Shown here in pieces: positions 30,552 to 40,903 of a stretch of DNA of 64,000 nt. Below the pieces are notes generated by a model. The model did no database searches. It was given only the letters and a program-made list of their open reading frames with translations, and was not told the origin of the DNA. The stretch's first letter is position 1; the number at the start of each line of letters is the position of its first letter. Origin of the DNA: an uncultured Trueperaceae bacterium (GTDB taxonomy: Bacteria; Deinococcota; Deinococci; Deinococcales; Trueperaceae); the NCBI GenBank assembly GCA_963799485.1, contig CAWCXJ010000007.1, forward strand, positions 64,001-128,000. Reading direction: 5' to 3'. Both the position numbers and the translations under genes were made by a program.

Positions 30552-31061
30552 ATGGCGATACCACTGCTACTTTCATCCGTCGCTGCGGGACTTATTGCAA
30601 CTGCCGTTATGGTGTTTTTTCTCTATTTGCCGCTCGTTTGGCGGGGCAACTACTACGACGTGCTAGGCGCACTCGGTTCGGCGATCACCCGGCAGCTCGA
30701 CGGTCGCGCCCGTTTTCTAGGCGCGCTCGTCTATTTCGGCGGCGGTATCTTTATGGCCATTTTTTACGGTTGGGTCGTACTCGCACTGATGCGAGTTCCG
30801 CAACCCCTGCCCGAAATTATAATCTTGCCGGGTTTACCTACACAGATCAACTTGTTTTACCCTATTCTGGGTGTCGCGCTTGGTTTGGGACACGGAATCT
30901 TAGTCGCCTTTATCGTAACTATCATCGTCATCGAACACCACCCGCTCGAGCAGTTCCGTACCCGCTTCATCCTGGTTATCTCACAAATCATCAGTCACAT
31001 CGCTTTCGGCGTTACGGTGATGTTTTTTCAGTCACAATTTTTACAGCTCTTTCTGTCGTAG
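30552..31061 (+). CDS. Uncharacterised integral membrane protein (about 4 TM)
   Basis: Hydrophobic ORF with GGAGG RBS, GLIATAVM start and SHIAFG end. Confidence 0.75.
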   Translation: MAIPLLLSSVAAGLIATAVMVFFLYLPLVWRGNYYDVLGALGSAITRQLDGRARFLGALVYFGGGIFMAIFYGWVVLALMRVPQPLPEIIILPGLPTQINLFYPILGVALGLGHGILVAFIVTIIVIEHHPLEQFRTRFILVISQIISHIAFGVTVMFFQSQFLQLFLS

Positions 31062-31224
31062 GAACCAGCTGAAGACCCGGCGGAGGTTCAGCTTTACCCG
31101 CGGCGCAACTGCCTGCAGGTTACACCGCCCTTTTACAAAAAGTACGCACCAAACAGCTCCACCGTCACTTGCCTAAAGGTAAACCGGCCTTCAGCCGGTT
31201 GTAACGGCTATACTAATCTCACGC

Positions 31225-31692
31225 ATGAGGCTTTCGGCAACCGACATCTACGCGTTTCAAGCGCTCGGCTTTTTGGGAACCCAACCCCCTGAAAGGTGGG
31301 TCGGCGGCGACGACATCAGTCAGGCGACCGGGGTCGCGCGGCCCTACCTGATGCGCGTCTTGGCGCAACTCGTCAGCAAAGGCATCGTCAGCTCGAAAAA
31401 GGGCACCGGCGGCGGTTACGCGCTCAGTACAAACGCCGAACACATCAACTTGCGCGACGTGATGCGCGCCATCGACGGCCCGGTCGCGCCGCTTTCGTGC
31501 GTCAGCCTCAACTGGCACGTTCCCTGCAGCGAAGAGGCCCGCTGCCACGCCCGCAGCGCCGTTTGGGAACGTGTCCGCGACGCGCTGTTAGCTGCGCTCT
31601 CAGAAGTAAGTGTCGCCGACCTCGCCGCCGATTTCGAGCAGGGCGTGACCTATACGCCCTGTCTAAGCCATCTGCTCAAAGCCAACGCTTAA
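31225..31692 (+). CDS. Rrf2-family regulator with three Cys (Fe-S type)
   Basis: [18 protein letters not shown]-x8-C-x5-C. Confidence 0.9.
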   Translation: MRLSATDIYAFQALGFLGTQPPERWVGGDDISQATGVARPYLMRVLAQLVSKGIVSSKKGTGGGYALSTNAEHINLRDVMRAIDGPVAPLSCVSLNWHVPCSEEARCHARSAVWERVRDALLAALSEVSVADLAADFEQGVTYTPCLSHLLKANA

Positions 31693-31697
31693 ACGCT

Positions 31698-32117
31698 TTA
31701 TCGCCCCAAAGATTTATCCCCCAACGGCCGACAAAACCGCAGCAGATACCCGTCCGGGTCTTGCACGTAAAACTCACGTTGTCCGGTCTGCATATCCCCT
31801 GCTTTACGCCACACATCTTTGATACCGCGGTGCATGATCTTACCACTGGCTAAAAGCCGCTCGTAGCTGGGCTGAATATCTGAAAGCTCCATCTGCAAGT
31901 TGACGCCGCGCCCGTAGGGAGGCTCGAGCGGCCCACCCAACCAATTGTCCGTTTGCAAGAGCATCAGCTGAAGGTCTTCTTGCTCCAGATAAACAAACTC
32001 CGGGTCGTGCCTAGCGTAAAGAACCGTAAATCCTAAAACCTCAGTGTAGAACCGTAAACTCACGGAAAAGTCCGAGACGTAAAGTTCAGGTACCATCTTC
32101 TGCCAGACGATGTTCAC
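31698..32117 (-). CDS. VOC/bleomycin-resistance family protein
   Basis: MVPELYVSD..SL.FY..VLGF, PYGRGVN, REFYVQDPDGYLLRF. Confidence 0.88.
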   Translation of the reverse strand: MNIVWQKMVPELYVSDFSVSLRFYTEVLGFTVLYARHDPEFVYLEQEDLQLMLLQTDNWLGGPLEPPYGRGVNLQMELSDIQPSYERLLASGKIMHRGIKDVWRKAGDMQTGQREFYVQDPDGYLLRFCRPLGDKSLGR

Positions 32118-32128
32118 ATGTACCTTGT

Positions 32129-32578
32129 TTACGGCTTGCGAACCTTCAGCGGCGCTTCCATCAGCGGGGCCGGGTGCGCGGTGCAGTAGTAGCTGCTGGC
32201 CTGCGCGGCTAACTTCGGCGTCAGCGTGAAAGTAATGCCTTCGTCGTCCGCCGTAAAGTTGACCTCAGGGTCGGTTTCAAAAGGCCGGTCTTGCGGGCGC
32301 TGATTAAGGAGCGAATCGCCACTCTTACCGCGAACCGCAAACGGGTGAATCTGCAACGTACCCAGGTTGATAAAGTGATAGCGTTTGCCGACGGTCAAGG
32401 TGATGGGTGTATTTTCGGTATTCAGTTGAGCGACGCCCTCCGCACCTTGGATACTTTTGACAACCCAGGCGCTCGAGTCCACGTTTTGCATCGTCAGCGT
32501 CACGTCGGCGTTTTGGGCAAAGACGACACCCAAGCAAAAAAGCAGGGCTATAAAACCCTGCTTCAGGTGATGTAGCAC
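32129..32578 (-). CDS. Secreted cupredoxin-like protein
   Basis: Signal peptide; HPF and YYCTAHPAPLM (type-1 Cu H..C-x2-H-x4-M). Confidence 0.72.
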   Translation of the reverse strand: MLHHLKQGFIALLFCLGVVFAQNADVTLTMQNVDSSAWVVKSIQGAEGVAQLNTENTPITLTVGKRYHFINLGTLQIHPFAVRGKSGDSLLNQRPQDRPFETDPEVNFTADDEGITFTLTPKLAAQASSYYCTAHPAPLMEAPLKVRKP

Positions 32579-32581
32579 GCC

Positions 32582-33997
32582 TTAACCCTCGACCGACATC
32601 AGGTAGGGGTCTTCGATGGTTTCGCAGATGAGCCGTAAAAACCGCGCCGCGTCCGCGCCGTCGATCAGCCGGTGGTCATACGAGAGCGACAACGGCATCA
32701 TCGTGCGCGGTTTGAACTCGCCCGCTCCGTCGTCCCACACAGGTTCGACTGCGCCGCGTGAAACACCCAAAATGGCTACATCCGGCGGGTTGACAATCGG
32801 CGTAAAACCGGTGCCGCCGATACCGCCCAGATTTGAGATGCTGAAGTTGCCGCCCTGCATGTCTTCAGGGCCGAGTTTACGGGCCCTGGCCTTTTCTGCA
32901 ATATCACCCAGCTCTTTCGCCAGCTGAATAATGCCTTTTTTGTCTACGTCGCGGATGACCGGGACGAGCAGCCCGCGTTCGGTATCGACCGCAACACCCA
33001 GGTTGACATACTCCTTATAGACCACTTCGTTGTTTTCCAAGTCCAAGCTGGCATTGAACTTCGGAAACTTCTTCAGCGCTCCGACAACCATTTTGAGGAG
33101 CACCGCCGTCGGCGTGAGCTTGGTTCCGGCAGCCTCGGCCCGCGCTTTGTAGCGTTTGCGGAGCGCCTCGAACTCGGCGGTGTCGGCCTTGTCGAACTGC
33201 GTTACCATCGGTACGCTGCTCCAGGCGTTTGCCATCGCGCGCACCGTCGCCTTGCGGATCCCCGACATCGGTTCGCGGGTCACAGAGCCGTATTTGCCGA
33301 AGTCGGGGAGCGGTACGGCGGTGGGTGTAGGAGCCTGTTGCGGTGCCCCCTGAGATGCAGCCTGCGGTTTGCCGCCAGCAGCAAAACTCTTCACGTCTTC
33401 AGCGGAGATGCGGCCCATGACGCCTGAACCTGCGACTTCACGGAGGTTGACGCCCATCTCCCGGGCTAAACGCCTTACCGACGGGGCCGCCGGTATGCTC
33501 TGCTTTTCGTCCAACGGAGTGTCGTAAGAGTCCGGCGCTTTCTCGGCGTCTTCGGCACTTTTGGCGTTCGCCGCGTCGTCGATTTCGGCTTCTTCGGCAT
33601 CTATGCTCTCGTCTTTATCTATGCTCTCGTTTTTACTTTTGCCTTCAGCCTGGGCGGTTTCGGCGGGTTCCGCTTCGGCAGCAGCGTCCGCGGCGTCTGC
33701 TTCATCACCGTCACTTTCGGCACTGTCTGAAGCCGATGCCGGAGCGTCACCGCTTGAGTCACCCTCGCCGACGACCAGCACAACCTGACCGACCGACGCC
33801 TCTTCGTTTTCGTTGACGCGGATTTCTTGCACCACGCCTGCAACCGACGACGGCACCTCGACGACGGCTTTGTCGGTCTCGAGCTCCAGCACCGCCTGGT
33901 CTTTTTCGATGGTATCGCCGACCGCGACCAGCACGCCGACGACGGTACCGCTCGTAATACCTTCGCCTACTTCGGGCAGTTTGAATTCAGTTGCCAT
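32582..33997 (-). CDS. aceF: Pyruvate dehydrogenase E2 dihydrolipoamide acetyltransferase
   Basis: Lipoyl LETDKA, PSBD AAPSVRRLARE, catalytic YDHRLIDGA. Confidence 0.93.
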   Translation of the reverse strand: MATEFKLPEVGEGITSGTVVGVLVAVGDTIEKDQAVLELETDKAVVEVPSSVAGVVQEIRVNENEEASVGQVVLVVGEGDSSGDAPASASDSAESDGDEADAADAAAEAEPAETAQAEGKSKNESIDKDESIDAEEAEIDDAANAKSAEDAEKAPDSYDTPLDEKQSIPAAPSVRRLAREMGVNLREVAGSGVMGRISAEDVKSFAAGGKPQAASQGAPQQAPTPTAVPLPDFGKYGSVTREPMSGIRKATVRAMANAWSSVPMVTQFDKADTAEFEALRKRYKARAEAAGTKLTPTAVLLKMVVGALKKFPKFNASLDLENNEVVYKEYVNLGVAVDTERGLLVPVIRDVDKKGIIQLAKELGDIAEKARARKLGPEDMQGGNFSISNLGGIGGTGFTPIVNPPDVAILGVSRGAVEPVWDDGAGEFKPRTMMPLSLSYDHRLIDGADAARFLRLICETIEDPYLMSVEG

Positions 33998-34116
33998 ACG
34001 TTCCTTTCGCGCACTCTGCCGGACTAACTACAGAACTTCTATGAACAGCATTACAAAAGGTACTTGCTTGTCCGTAAAACTCAGACAGAGAGCGTTCGTG
34101 ACCAGATGATACCTGC

Positions 34117-36822
34117 TTAAGCGACATGCGCGTCGAGCTTGTCCGGGTTGATGTCTAAATCCTTGATGGCTCTGGCAACCACTGAAGCCTCGAGCTCATC
34201 CTCTTGTTGCAACGCGTAAAGCGTCGCCAGGGTGATGAAACGGGCGTCAACTTCAAAGTGATTGCGGAGTTCTTCACGCGCTTCACTGCGTCCGAAGCCG
34301 TCGGTACCCAAAGCGACGATAGGGCGCGGCAGGTGCCGCGAGAGCGCGTCCGGCAAAATCTTCATATAGTCCGACGCCGCCACGAGGACACCTTCGGCAT
34401 CTTTAAGCGCCTCGTAAACGAACGGCTTTTCCGGTTCGGCTTCGGGGTGGAGGCGGTTACGGCGCTCGACCCGGAGCGCGTCTTGGTGCAGCGACTTGTA
34501 CGAGGTCACGCTCCACACGTCGGCGGCAACGTCGTAAGCCTCGAGCATCTCCTGCGCTTTTAAGACCTCCAGCATAATCGACCCCGAGCCGAAGAGCTGC
34601 GCCCTGAATTTGCTACGTTTTTTATCTGAAGACTTAAAGAGGTACAACCCCCTGAGAACACCTTCTTTGACCTCTTCTTGGGACAAGTGCTCAGGCAGCG
34701 CGGGCTGCGGGTAGTTTTCGTTACCGACGGTGAGGTAATAGAACAAATCCTCTTGCTCCTCGTACATCCGCCGCATCCCCTCACGGACGATAAAGGCGAT
34801 TTCATACGCAAAAGACGGGTCGTAGGCGAGCAGATTGGGAATCGGGTAGGCCAAAACGTGCGAGTGACCGTCCTGGTGCTGCAAACCTTCCCCGGCGAGG
34901 GTGGTGCGGCCCGCCGTACCCCCGAGCAGAAAGCCTTTGGCGCGCATGTCCCCGGCGGCCCACAAAAAGTCGCCGATACGCTGAAAGCCGAACATCGAGT
35001 AGTAGATAAAAAACGGAATGGTATTGACGCCGTGCGTGGCATACGCCGTGCCCGCCGCGATAAACGACGAAATCGAACCGGCTTCGGTAATGCCCTCTTC
35101 TAAAATCTGTCCGTCGGTCGATTCTTTGTAGTACAAGATGTTATCCGAATCGACGGGTTCGTAGAGCTGCCCGACGTGCGAATAAATCCCGATTTGCCGG
35201 AACAGGGCTTCCATCCCGAAGGTGCGGGCCTCGTCGGGAACGATTGGCACAATGAGTTTGCCCCACGCTTTATCGCGTAAGAGCTTGCCTAAAATCCGGA
35301 CGAAGACCATCGTGGTCGAGGCGGCGCGGTCGCCGGTGCCTTTGGTAAATTCGTCGAACAGGGCCTCGTCGGGGGCCGCTAACGGTTCGACCTTGACGCG
35401 CCGCGCCGGGATGCCGCCACCTAGTGCTTCACGGTGCTCCTGCAAATACTTATATTCTTCTTCGTCTTCTTCGGGGCGGTAAAAAGGGTACTGAGCGATC
35501 TCTTCGTCTTTAATCGGGACTTCAAAACGGTCACGGAAGAGCTTGAGCTCGTCTTCGGTCAGTTTTTTCTGCTGGTGCGTGACGTTTTTGCCTTCACCCG
35601 ATTCGCCTAAACCGTAGCCCTTGACGGTGCGCGCCAAAATGACGGTGGGCTGACCTTCGTGCTCGGTCGCGTGCTTGAAAGCGGTGTAGACCTTGATGGG
35701 GTCGTGCCCGCCACGGTTGAGTTGGGCGAGGTCGTCGTCGCTCCAGCCTTCGATAAGCTTTTGCAGTTCAGGTGTGTTAAAGAAGTTTTTCCGCAGTTCT
35801 GCCGCGCCAAAGGCCGCGTAACGTTGCGATTCGCCGTCGATGAGTTTTTCAAAACGTTCGACCAGCACGCCCTGCGTATCTTTTTCTAAGAGCCTGTCCC
35901 AACCCGAACCCCAGATGACCTTGATGACGTTCCAGCCGGTACCGCGAAAGTCGGCCTCGAGTTCCTGAATAATCTGACCGTTGCCGCGTACCGGGCCGTC
36001 AAGCCGTTGCAAATTGCAGTTGATGACCCAAATCAGATTGTCGAGCTTTTCACGGGCGGCAAGCGAAATCGCGCCCAGCGTTTCGGGTTCGTCGGTTTCG
36101 CCGTCGCCTAGAAAGGCCCAGACCTTACCCGAACCGGGTTTTTTGAGGCCACGATCCTCGAGGTAGCGGTTAAAACGCGCCTGATAGATCGAGGTGATCG
36201 GGCCGATCCCCATCGAGACGGTGGCAAAACTCCAGTAGTCGGGCATCAGCCACGCGTGCGGATAGCTGCTCAGGCCGGGGCCGTCTTGGAGTTCGCGGCG
36301 AAAGTTTCGCAGGTGTTCTTTGTGCAGGCGGCGCTCTAAGTACGAGCGCGCGTACATGCCGGGGCTCGCGTGCCCCTGAAAATAAATCAGGTCGGCGTCC
36401 GGGCCTGCGCCCGGGCCGCGAAAAAAGTGGTTCATCCCGACTTCGTACAGGGTCGCTGCCGACGCGTAGGTCGATAAGTGACCGCCGATCCCTTCAGAAT
36501 GCTTGTTGGCGTAAAGCACCATCGCCACCGCGTTCCAGCGAATCAGGTTGCGGATGCGGCGCTCGGTTGCCAGGTCGCCGGGGTAGTCTTCGTCTTCGCT
36601 TGCCGGAATCGTATTGACATAGGGCGTGTTGGCGCTAAAGGGAATCTCGACGCCGAGCTTTTTGGCGTGCTGCTCGAGCCGTTTCAAAATCTCCAGGGCG
36701 CGCTCCGGCCCGGCGCTGTCCAGCACGTATTCGAGAGACTCGAGCCACTCTTTAAGCTCGACTTCGTTAAGTTGCCGCCGGGCGTCGGCGTCGGCCCCGG
36801 CACGGTCTAGGGTATCAGCCAC
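34117..36822 (-). CDS. aceE: Pyruvate dehydrogenase E1, homodimeric type
   Basis: [44 protein letters not shown]. Confidence 0.96.
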   Translation of the reverse strand: MADTLDRAGADADARRQLNEVELKEWLESLEYVLDSAGPERALEILKRLEQHAKKLGVEIPFSANTPYVNTIPASEDEDYPGDLATERRIRNLIRWNAVAMVLYANKHSEGIGGHLSTYASAATLYEVGMNHFFRGPGAGPDADLIYFQGHASPGMYARSYLERRLHKEHLRNFRRELQDGPGLSSYPHAWLMPDYWSFATVSMGIGPITSIYQARFNRYLEDRGLKKPGSGKVWAFLGDGETDEPETLGAISLAAREKLDNLIWVINCNLQRLDGPVRGNGQIIQELEADFRGTGWNVIKVIWGSGWDRLLEKDTQGVLVERFEKLIDGESQRYAAFGAAELRKNFFNTPELQKLIEGWSDDDLAQLNRGGHDPIKVYTAFKHATEHEGQPTVILARTVKGYGLGESGEGKNVTHQQKKLTEDELKLFRDRFEVPIKDEEIAQYPFYRPEEDEEEYKYLQEHREALGGGIPARRVKVEPLAAPDEALFDEFTKGTGDRAASTTMVFVRILGKLLRDKAWGKLIVPIVPDEARTFGMEALFRQIGIYSHVGQLYEPVDSDNILYYKESTDGQILEEGITEAGSISSFIAAGTAYATHGVNTIPFFIYYSMFGFQRIGDFLWAAGDMRAKGFLLGGTAGRTTLAGEGLQHQDGHSHVLAYPIPNLLAYDPSFAYEIAFIVREGMRRMYEEQEDLFYYLTVGNENYPQPALPEHLSQEEVKEGVLRGLYLFKSSDKKRSKFRAQLFGSGSIMLEVLKAQEMLEAYDVAADVWSVTSYKSLHQDALRVERRNRLHPEAEPEKPFVYEALKDAEGVLVAASDYMKILPDALSRHLPRPIVALGTDGFGRSEAREELRNHFEVDARFITLATLYALQQEDELEASVVARAIKDLDINPDKLDAHVA

Positions 36823-36845
36823 AGTAAAGCCTCCTCTTGGCTACG

Positions 36846-36929
36846 TTAGACTAATCAGGTTTAGACTGACCAGTTGCTGGACTAACCAGTTTTAGGCTGA
36901 CCGGGAACGGTTATCCCGGCAAGGTCAGC
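36846..36929 (-). promoter_or_regulatory. Four tandem ~15-bp repeats (TTAGACTRACCAG-like) plus a hairpin upstream of aceE
   Basis: TTAGACTAATCAGGT / TTAGACTGACCAGTT / CTGGACTAACCAGTT / TTAGGCTGACCGGG; GCTGACC..GGTCAGC stem 36896-36929. Confidence 0.6.
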
Positions 36930-37009
36930 TCATCCTATCAAGCTTGACCCTAAAGACTTCATATATGCGCTGCAATCCGGGTCGTCCTCGGCGCCCAGCA
37001 CGGCCCACG

Positions 37010-37219
37010 CTAGCGAGAACGAAACAACCAGCCGAGCAGATTGACGAGGAGCGTCAGTACGCCGCTGACGAGAAGCATTGAAGTTACGGGAAAGAAGACC
37101 GACCTGGTACGGATATCGCCGGGAAGCTGACCAAACCAGGCGAACGCCTTGGGGAAAACGAGGAGGACGACGCCTATAAGCGCCAAACCCATACCGGTGG
37201 TGATAAGACCTCGAGCCAC
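37010..37219 (-). CDS. DUF2905 family small membrane protein
   Basis: WFGQLPGDI..FFPVTSMLLVS; TAAACT + 6 nt + GTG. Confidence 0.85.
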   Translation of the reverse strand: MARGLITTGMGLALIGVVLLVFPKAFAWFGQLPGDIRTRSVFFPVTSMLLVSGVLTLLVNLLGWLFRSR

Positions 37220-37259
37220 CCGATAAGTTTAACCCTCGCGGGATTGATGAAAAAGTTTT

Positions 37260-37425
37260 TGTAAGCGTTTACATTTTCAAGTGGACGTTCAGCACAATTT
37301 TTGGTATCTACTCAAAACCCAACTCTTGATATCCATCATCGCGTTCAAAATAAAGATCTGTTGACATTACTCGAGGAAGTCTCTAGACTTGGTGCATCAA
37401 AGTACTTTTGTAAGCGGTTACAAAA
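37260..37425 (+). promoter_or_regulatory. Promoter TTGACA-17bp-TAGACT (37361-37389) flanked by LacI operators TGTAAGCGTTTACA (37260-37273) and TTTTGTAAGCGGTTACAAAA (37406-37425)
   Basis: Consensus promoter; two matching LacI-type palindromes. Confidence 0.8.
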
Positions 37426-37446
37426 ACAAGCATTAAGGAGCTGTAG

Positions 37447-38430
37447 GTGAAAGCAGACGCCGGGGAGTCCCTGCCCACAATTCAAGATGTCGCGCAAACA
37501 GCGGGCGTTTCGACCGGCACCGTAAGCAGGGTGCTAAACGGTCGTCCGGGCGTCAAGGCGGTGACCAAAACGGCGGTGCTGGCGGCAGTGACGAAGTTGA
37601 GGTATCGCCCGGACACTGCCGCGCGGCAGCTCTCGCGGGGCCGTACCAAACGCATCGGCTTTCACGTGTCTGCCTTGAGCGGGCGGTTTTCACCTTTTTA
37701 TATGCTCTTTATGGAACACCTCATCACCGGCTTTGAAGACGAAGGCTACCGTTTGGACGATATCCCCAGCCGCCCCGACGGGCTCCCGGCGAGACTAAGT
37801 GACGGCATGGTGCTTTTCGGCGTTCACGACGACGACCTCCGGATTCCGTACCTCGAGGCCCAAGGCGTGCCGTTTGTGCTGGAAGGTCACGCACCCGGTC
37901 AGCGCTGGGTGCGCGCGGACGATCTCAGCGGCGGCAGACAGGCGACTGAACACCTCGTGCGCCTTGGTCACACCAAGATTTTGCATTTAGGCGGTGACCT
38001 CAGCGGTCAAGCTGCGTTCGACCGGTTGCGCGGCTACCAGAGCGTACTTACCGAAAACGGACTCGAGCTCCCCCTGCCCTTAAACGGCGGTTTTACGGTA
38101 CTCGGTGCGTACCGAGCCGTGCGGCGGGCGCTAGCTGCCGGTACACAGTTCTCTGCCCTTTTTGCCGCCTCGGACGAGATGGCGCAGGGCGCGGTCGCAG
38201 CGCTCGAGGACGCCGGCTTGGAGGTTCCCAAAGACGTGTCGGTGGTCGGCTTCGACGATTTGCCCGAGTTCGGTGAAGGTCTGACAACCGTCCGGCAAGA
38301 CATCGCCAAAGTCGCTGCAACCGCAGTTGCGCTTCTTAAAGAGGGGTTGGCGGGGGAACCGGTGCGGCACGAAGTCGTACCCGTTCAGCTCGTAGTGCGC
38401 GGCACAACTGCCCGGAGGAGGTCCTTGTGA
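37447..38430 (+). CDS. LacI-family regulator
   Basis: PTIQDVAQTAGVSTGTVSRVLN; VSVVGFDD. Confidence 0.93.
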   Translation: MKADAGESLPTIQDVAQTAGVSTGTVSRVLNGRPGVKAVTKTAVLAAVTKLRYRPDTAARQLSRGRTKRIGFHVSALSGRFSPFYMLFMEHLITGFEDEGYRLDDIPSRPDGLPARLSDGMVLFGVHDDDLRIPYLEAQGVPFVLEGHAPGQRWVRADDLSGGRQATEHLVRLGHTKILHLGGDLSGQAAFDRLRGYQSVLTENGLELPLPLNGGFTVLGAYRAVRRALAAGTQFSALFAASDEMAQGAVAALEDAGLEVPKDVSVVGFDDLPEFGEGLTTVRQDIAKVAATAVALLKEGLAGEPVRHEVVPVQLVVRGTTARRRSL

Positions 38431-38493
38431 GGTAACGTCCGCAGCTCGCTAACAAACCTGTTTTCAGCTCTTTACTCTCGAAAGGATTTTACC

Positions 38494-39720
38494 GTGAAAC
38501 GTTTTTTACTGGCACTGCTTTTCGGACTTGCATCAGTCAGCCTCGCCCAGACGACGGTTCGCATTACCGGTTACGGCGGTGGGGACCCGGCTATCGTCAA
38601 CCGCCTGATCAACGAAGTCATCGGCGACCAGCTCTCTGCTGAAAATATCACCGTCCAGTACGAACCCGTCGAAGGCGATTACAACGCCGGACTCTTTAAT
38701 GCACTTTCGGCAGGCACGGCGGGCGACGTCTTTTACATTCCCGCCGAAACCGCGCCCGGTATCATAGCGACCGGAACCGTTTTGCCGCTTAACGATGTGG
38801 TCGATACCGGGCCGTTTATCGATACGCTTTTAGAGCCTTTTACCGTCGACGGTCAGATTTACGGCGTCCCGAAAGACTTCAATACGCTGGCGGTTTTTTA
38901 CAACAAAGACCTGTTTGACGAAGCGGGCGTCGAGTATCCGAATGAAAACGACACCTGGGAAACGTTCGCCGAGAAGTTGCGCGGCGTCAACGACTTGGGC
39001 GGCGACGTAAAGGGCGCGTGCTTCGTCGCCGATATCGCCCGGATGGGCCCGTTTGCCTTTAGTGAGGGCTGGCAGGTGCTAAACGAAGACGGTACGACCA
39101 ATCTGCAAGATCAAGCGTTCGTCGACGCCTTTACCTGGTATACGGGGCTGATTCAAGACGGTACGACGGCGTTGCCGAGCGATTTGGGTCAGGATTGGTC
39201 GGGCGGCTGTTTCGGGACGGGCAACACGGGCGTAGCGATTGAAGGGGCGTGGATTTTAGGTTACTTGCGCGACACCGCGCCCAACTTGCAGTACGGCACC
39301 ACCTTTTTACCGGTCGCCCCGTCGTCGGGTGAAACCGGCAACTTCACCTATACGGTCGCCTACGGCGTCAACGCGAACTCGGCAAATCAGGACGCGGCTA
39401 TTAAAGTTTTGCAGGCGTTGACCAGCCCAGAAGCGCAGCAGTGGGTGCTCGAGAACGGCCTCGCCATCCCCAGCCGCGAATCCTTGAGCGACAACCCCTA
39501 CTTTCAAGAAGATACGCCTGAAGCGCAGGCCAACCGCATCGTCTTCGAGGGAGCTACCCGCGGCAACGTCCAGAGCTATCAGTTCGGCAACGTCGGTACG
39601 GATTTTGTAACGCCAATCAACGCGGCGCTCAACGCCGTAGCGACCGGGCAAGCCGAGGTCGGCCCGGCGTTAGAACAAGCCCAAGGCGAGGTCGACGCGC
39701 TTATTCAGCGCGCCCAGTAA
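38494..39720 (+). CDS. Oligosaccharide ABC substrate-binding protein (CUT1)
   Basis: Signal peptide; YGVPKDFNTLAVFYNKDLF; IEGAW. Confidence 0.9.
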   Translation: MKRFLLALLFGLASVSLAQTTVRITGYGGGDPAIVNRLINEVIGDQLSAENITVQYEPVEGDYNAGLFNALSAGTAGDVFYIPAETAPGIIATGTVLPLNDVVDTGPFIDTLLEPFTVDGQIYGVPKDFNTLAVFYNKDLFDEAGVEYPNENDTWETFAEKLRGVNDLGGDVKGACFVADIARMGPFAFSEGWQVLNEDGTTNLQDQAFVDAFTWYTGLIQDGTTALPSDLGQDWSGGCFGTGNTGVAIEGAWILGYLRDTAPNLQYGTTFLPVAPSSGETGNFTYTVAYGVNANSANQDAAIKVLQALTSPEAQQWVLENGLAIPSRESLSDNPYFQEDTPEAQANRIVFEGATRGNVQSYQFGNVGTDFVTPINAALNAVATGQAEVGPALEQAQGEVDALIQRAQ

Positions 39721-39732
39721 CGTAAACCTTGC

Positions 39733-39761
39733 GTAGCCGGGGTAAGTTCGACTCCGGCTAC
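39733..39761 (+). terminator. Stem-loop after the binding-protein gene
   Basis: GTAGCCGGGGT-7nt-ACTCCGGCTAC; no T tract, so more likely a stabiliser. Confidence 0.5.
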
Positions 39762-39808
39762 ACTCGTCAGCTAAACACCCGAATCCCTCACTTAAGGAGG
39801 ACAGACTT

Positions 39809-40903
39809 ATGAACCGAAGGTTCCGCGACGCAGCGGCAGGCTACCTCTTTCTCCTGCCTTTTTTGCTGACGCTCGGGATATTTTTCGTCTACGCGTTTGT
39901 ACGCGCCGTCGGCTTTAGTTTTACCAACTACAATTTGTTTAACGCCGCGAACCTCGAGTTCGTCGGCTTGCAAAACTATCTCAACTTGTTTCAGAGCGAC
40001 AACTTCTTGCGCGCCCTGACCAACTCGGTTACCTTTGCCACCGTCGTAACGGCGCTGCAAACGTTCGGCGCGCTTTTGATGGCAGCAGTGCTCAACCAAA
40101 AAGTACACGGTCTGGGTTTTTTTCGGGCAGCCTACTATATGCCCAGCGTCACCAGCAGCGTCGTGATTACGCTCATCTTTTTGTGGCTGTTTCAGCGCAC
40201 CGGCTTGATCAACTATCTCACCACCCAGTTTCTCGTCTACTTGCCGCTGATCCTCGTATTTTTTGTCATCCTGGTAGTAATGCAAGTGGTGCAGGTCATG
40301 ATTGAACGCGCCCGCAAGCTGCCGGCAAACTGGAACGACCCGGCCCTGTTCGTCATCTCGATTCTCGTGGCGCTCGCCGGAACCGTGGTGCTCAATATAG
40401 GTGGACTCATCTCACCCAGAGACCTGCCCCCCGTCGATTTCAACTGGCTCAATACTCAGCAGCGCGTCGGGTTTATCGGCGTCCCGCTCATCGTCATCAT
40501 GTTTCAAAACATCTTTACGACAATACCTACCTTTATGTTGATGTTTCTAGCAGCGCTGCAAGATGTACCCGTGTCGTACTACGAAGCGGCGTCTTTAGAC
40601 GGGGCGAGCGCCGCCCAGCAGTTTCGCTACATTACGGTGCCGTCGGTTCAGCCTGTAACCTTCCTGGTCGTCACGCTCGGGCTTATCGGGACGTTGCAGA
40701 TGTTCGACCAGGTGGCGATTTTTGGCAACGCGGTGCCTTTAGAGTCGGTCATTACGCTGGCGTACTTCGTTTACGACCGGATGTTCCCCGGCGGGCAACT
40801 TCCCGAAGTCGGTTTTGCGTCGGCAGCGGCGATGTTTCTAGCCGTACTGACGCTGATTGTCGTGCTGATTCAGCGCGTCTTCATCCCCTCGGAGAAAAGC
40901 TGA
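39809..40903 (+). CDS. Carbohydrate ABC permease (MalF-like)
   Basis: FVGLQNY, YYMPSVTS, YEAASLDGA, LQMFDQ. Confidence 0.9.
   Translation: MNRRFRDAAAGYLFLLPFLLTLGIFFVYAFVRAVGFSFTNYNLFNAANLEFVGLQNYLNLFQSDNFLRALTNSVTFATVVTALQTFGALLMAAVLNQKVHGLGFFRAAYYMPSVTSSVVITLIFLWLFQRTGLINYLTTQFLVYLPLILVFFVILVVMQVVQVMIERARKLPANWNDPALFVISILVALAGTVVLNIGGLISPRDLPPVDFNWLNTQQRVGFIGVPLIVIMFQNIFTTIPTFMLMFLAALQDVPVSYYEAASLDGASAAQQFRYITVPSVQPVTFLVVTLGLIGTLQMFDQVAIFGNAVPLESVITLAYFVYDRMFPGGQLPEVGFASAAAMFLAVLTLIVVLIQRVFIPSEKS

Noticed and set aside
36846..36905. Short repeats as a CRISPR array
   Set aside because: Units are adjacent, 15-16 bp, with no spacers and no cas genes. The same applies to the heptamer tracts.
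39733..39761. GTTCGACTCC resembling a tRNA T-arm
   Set aside because: It is the loop and arm of a simple hairpin; no D-arm, anticodon arm or acceptor stem can be built.
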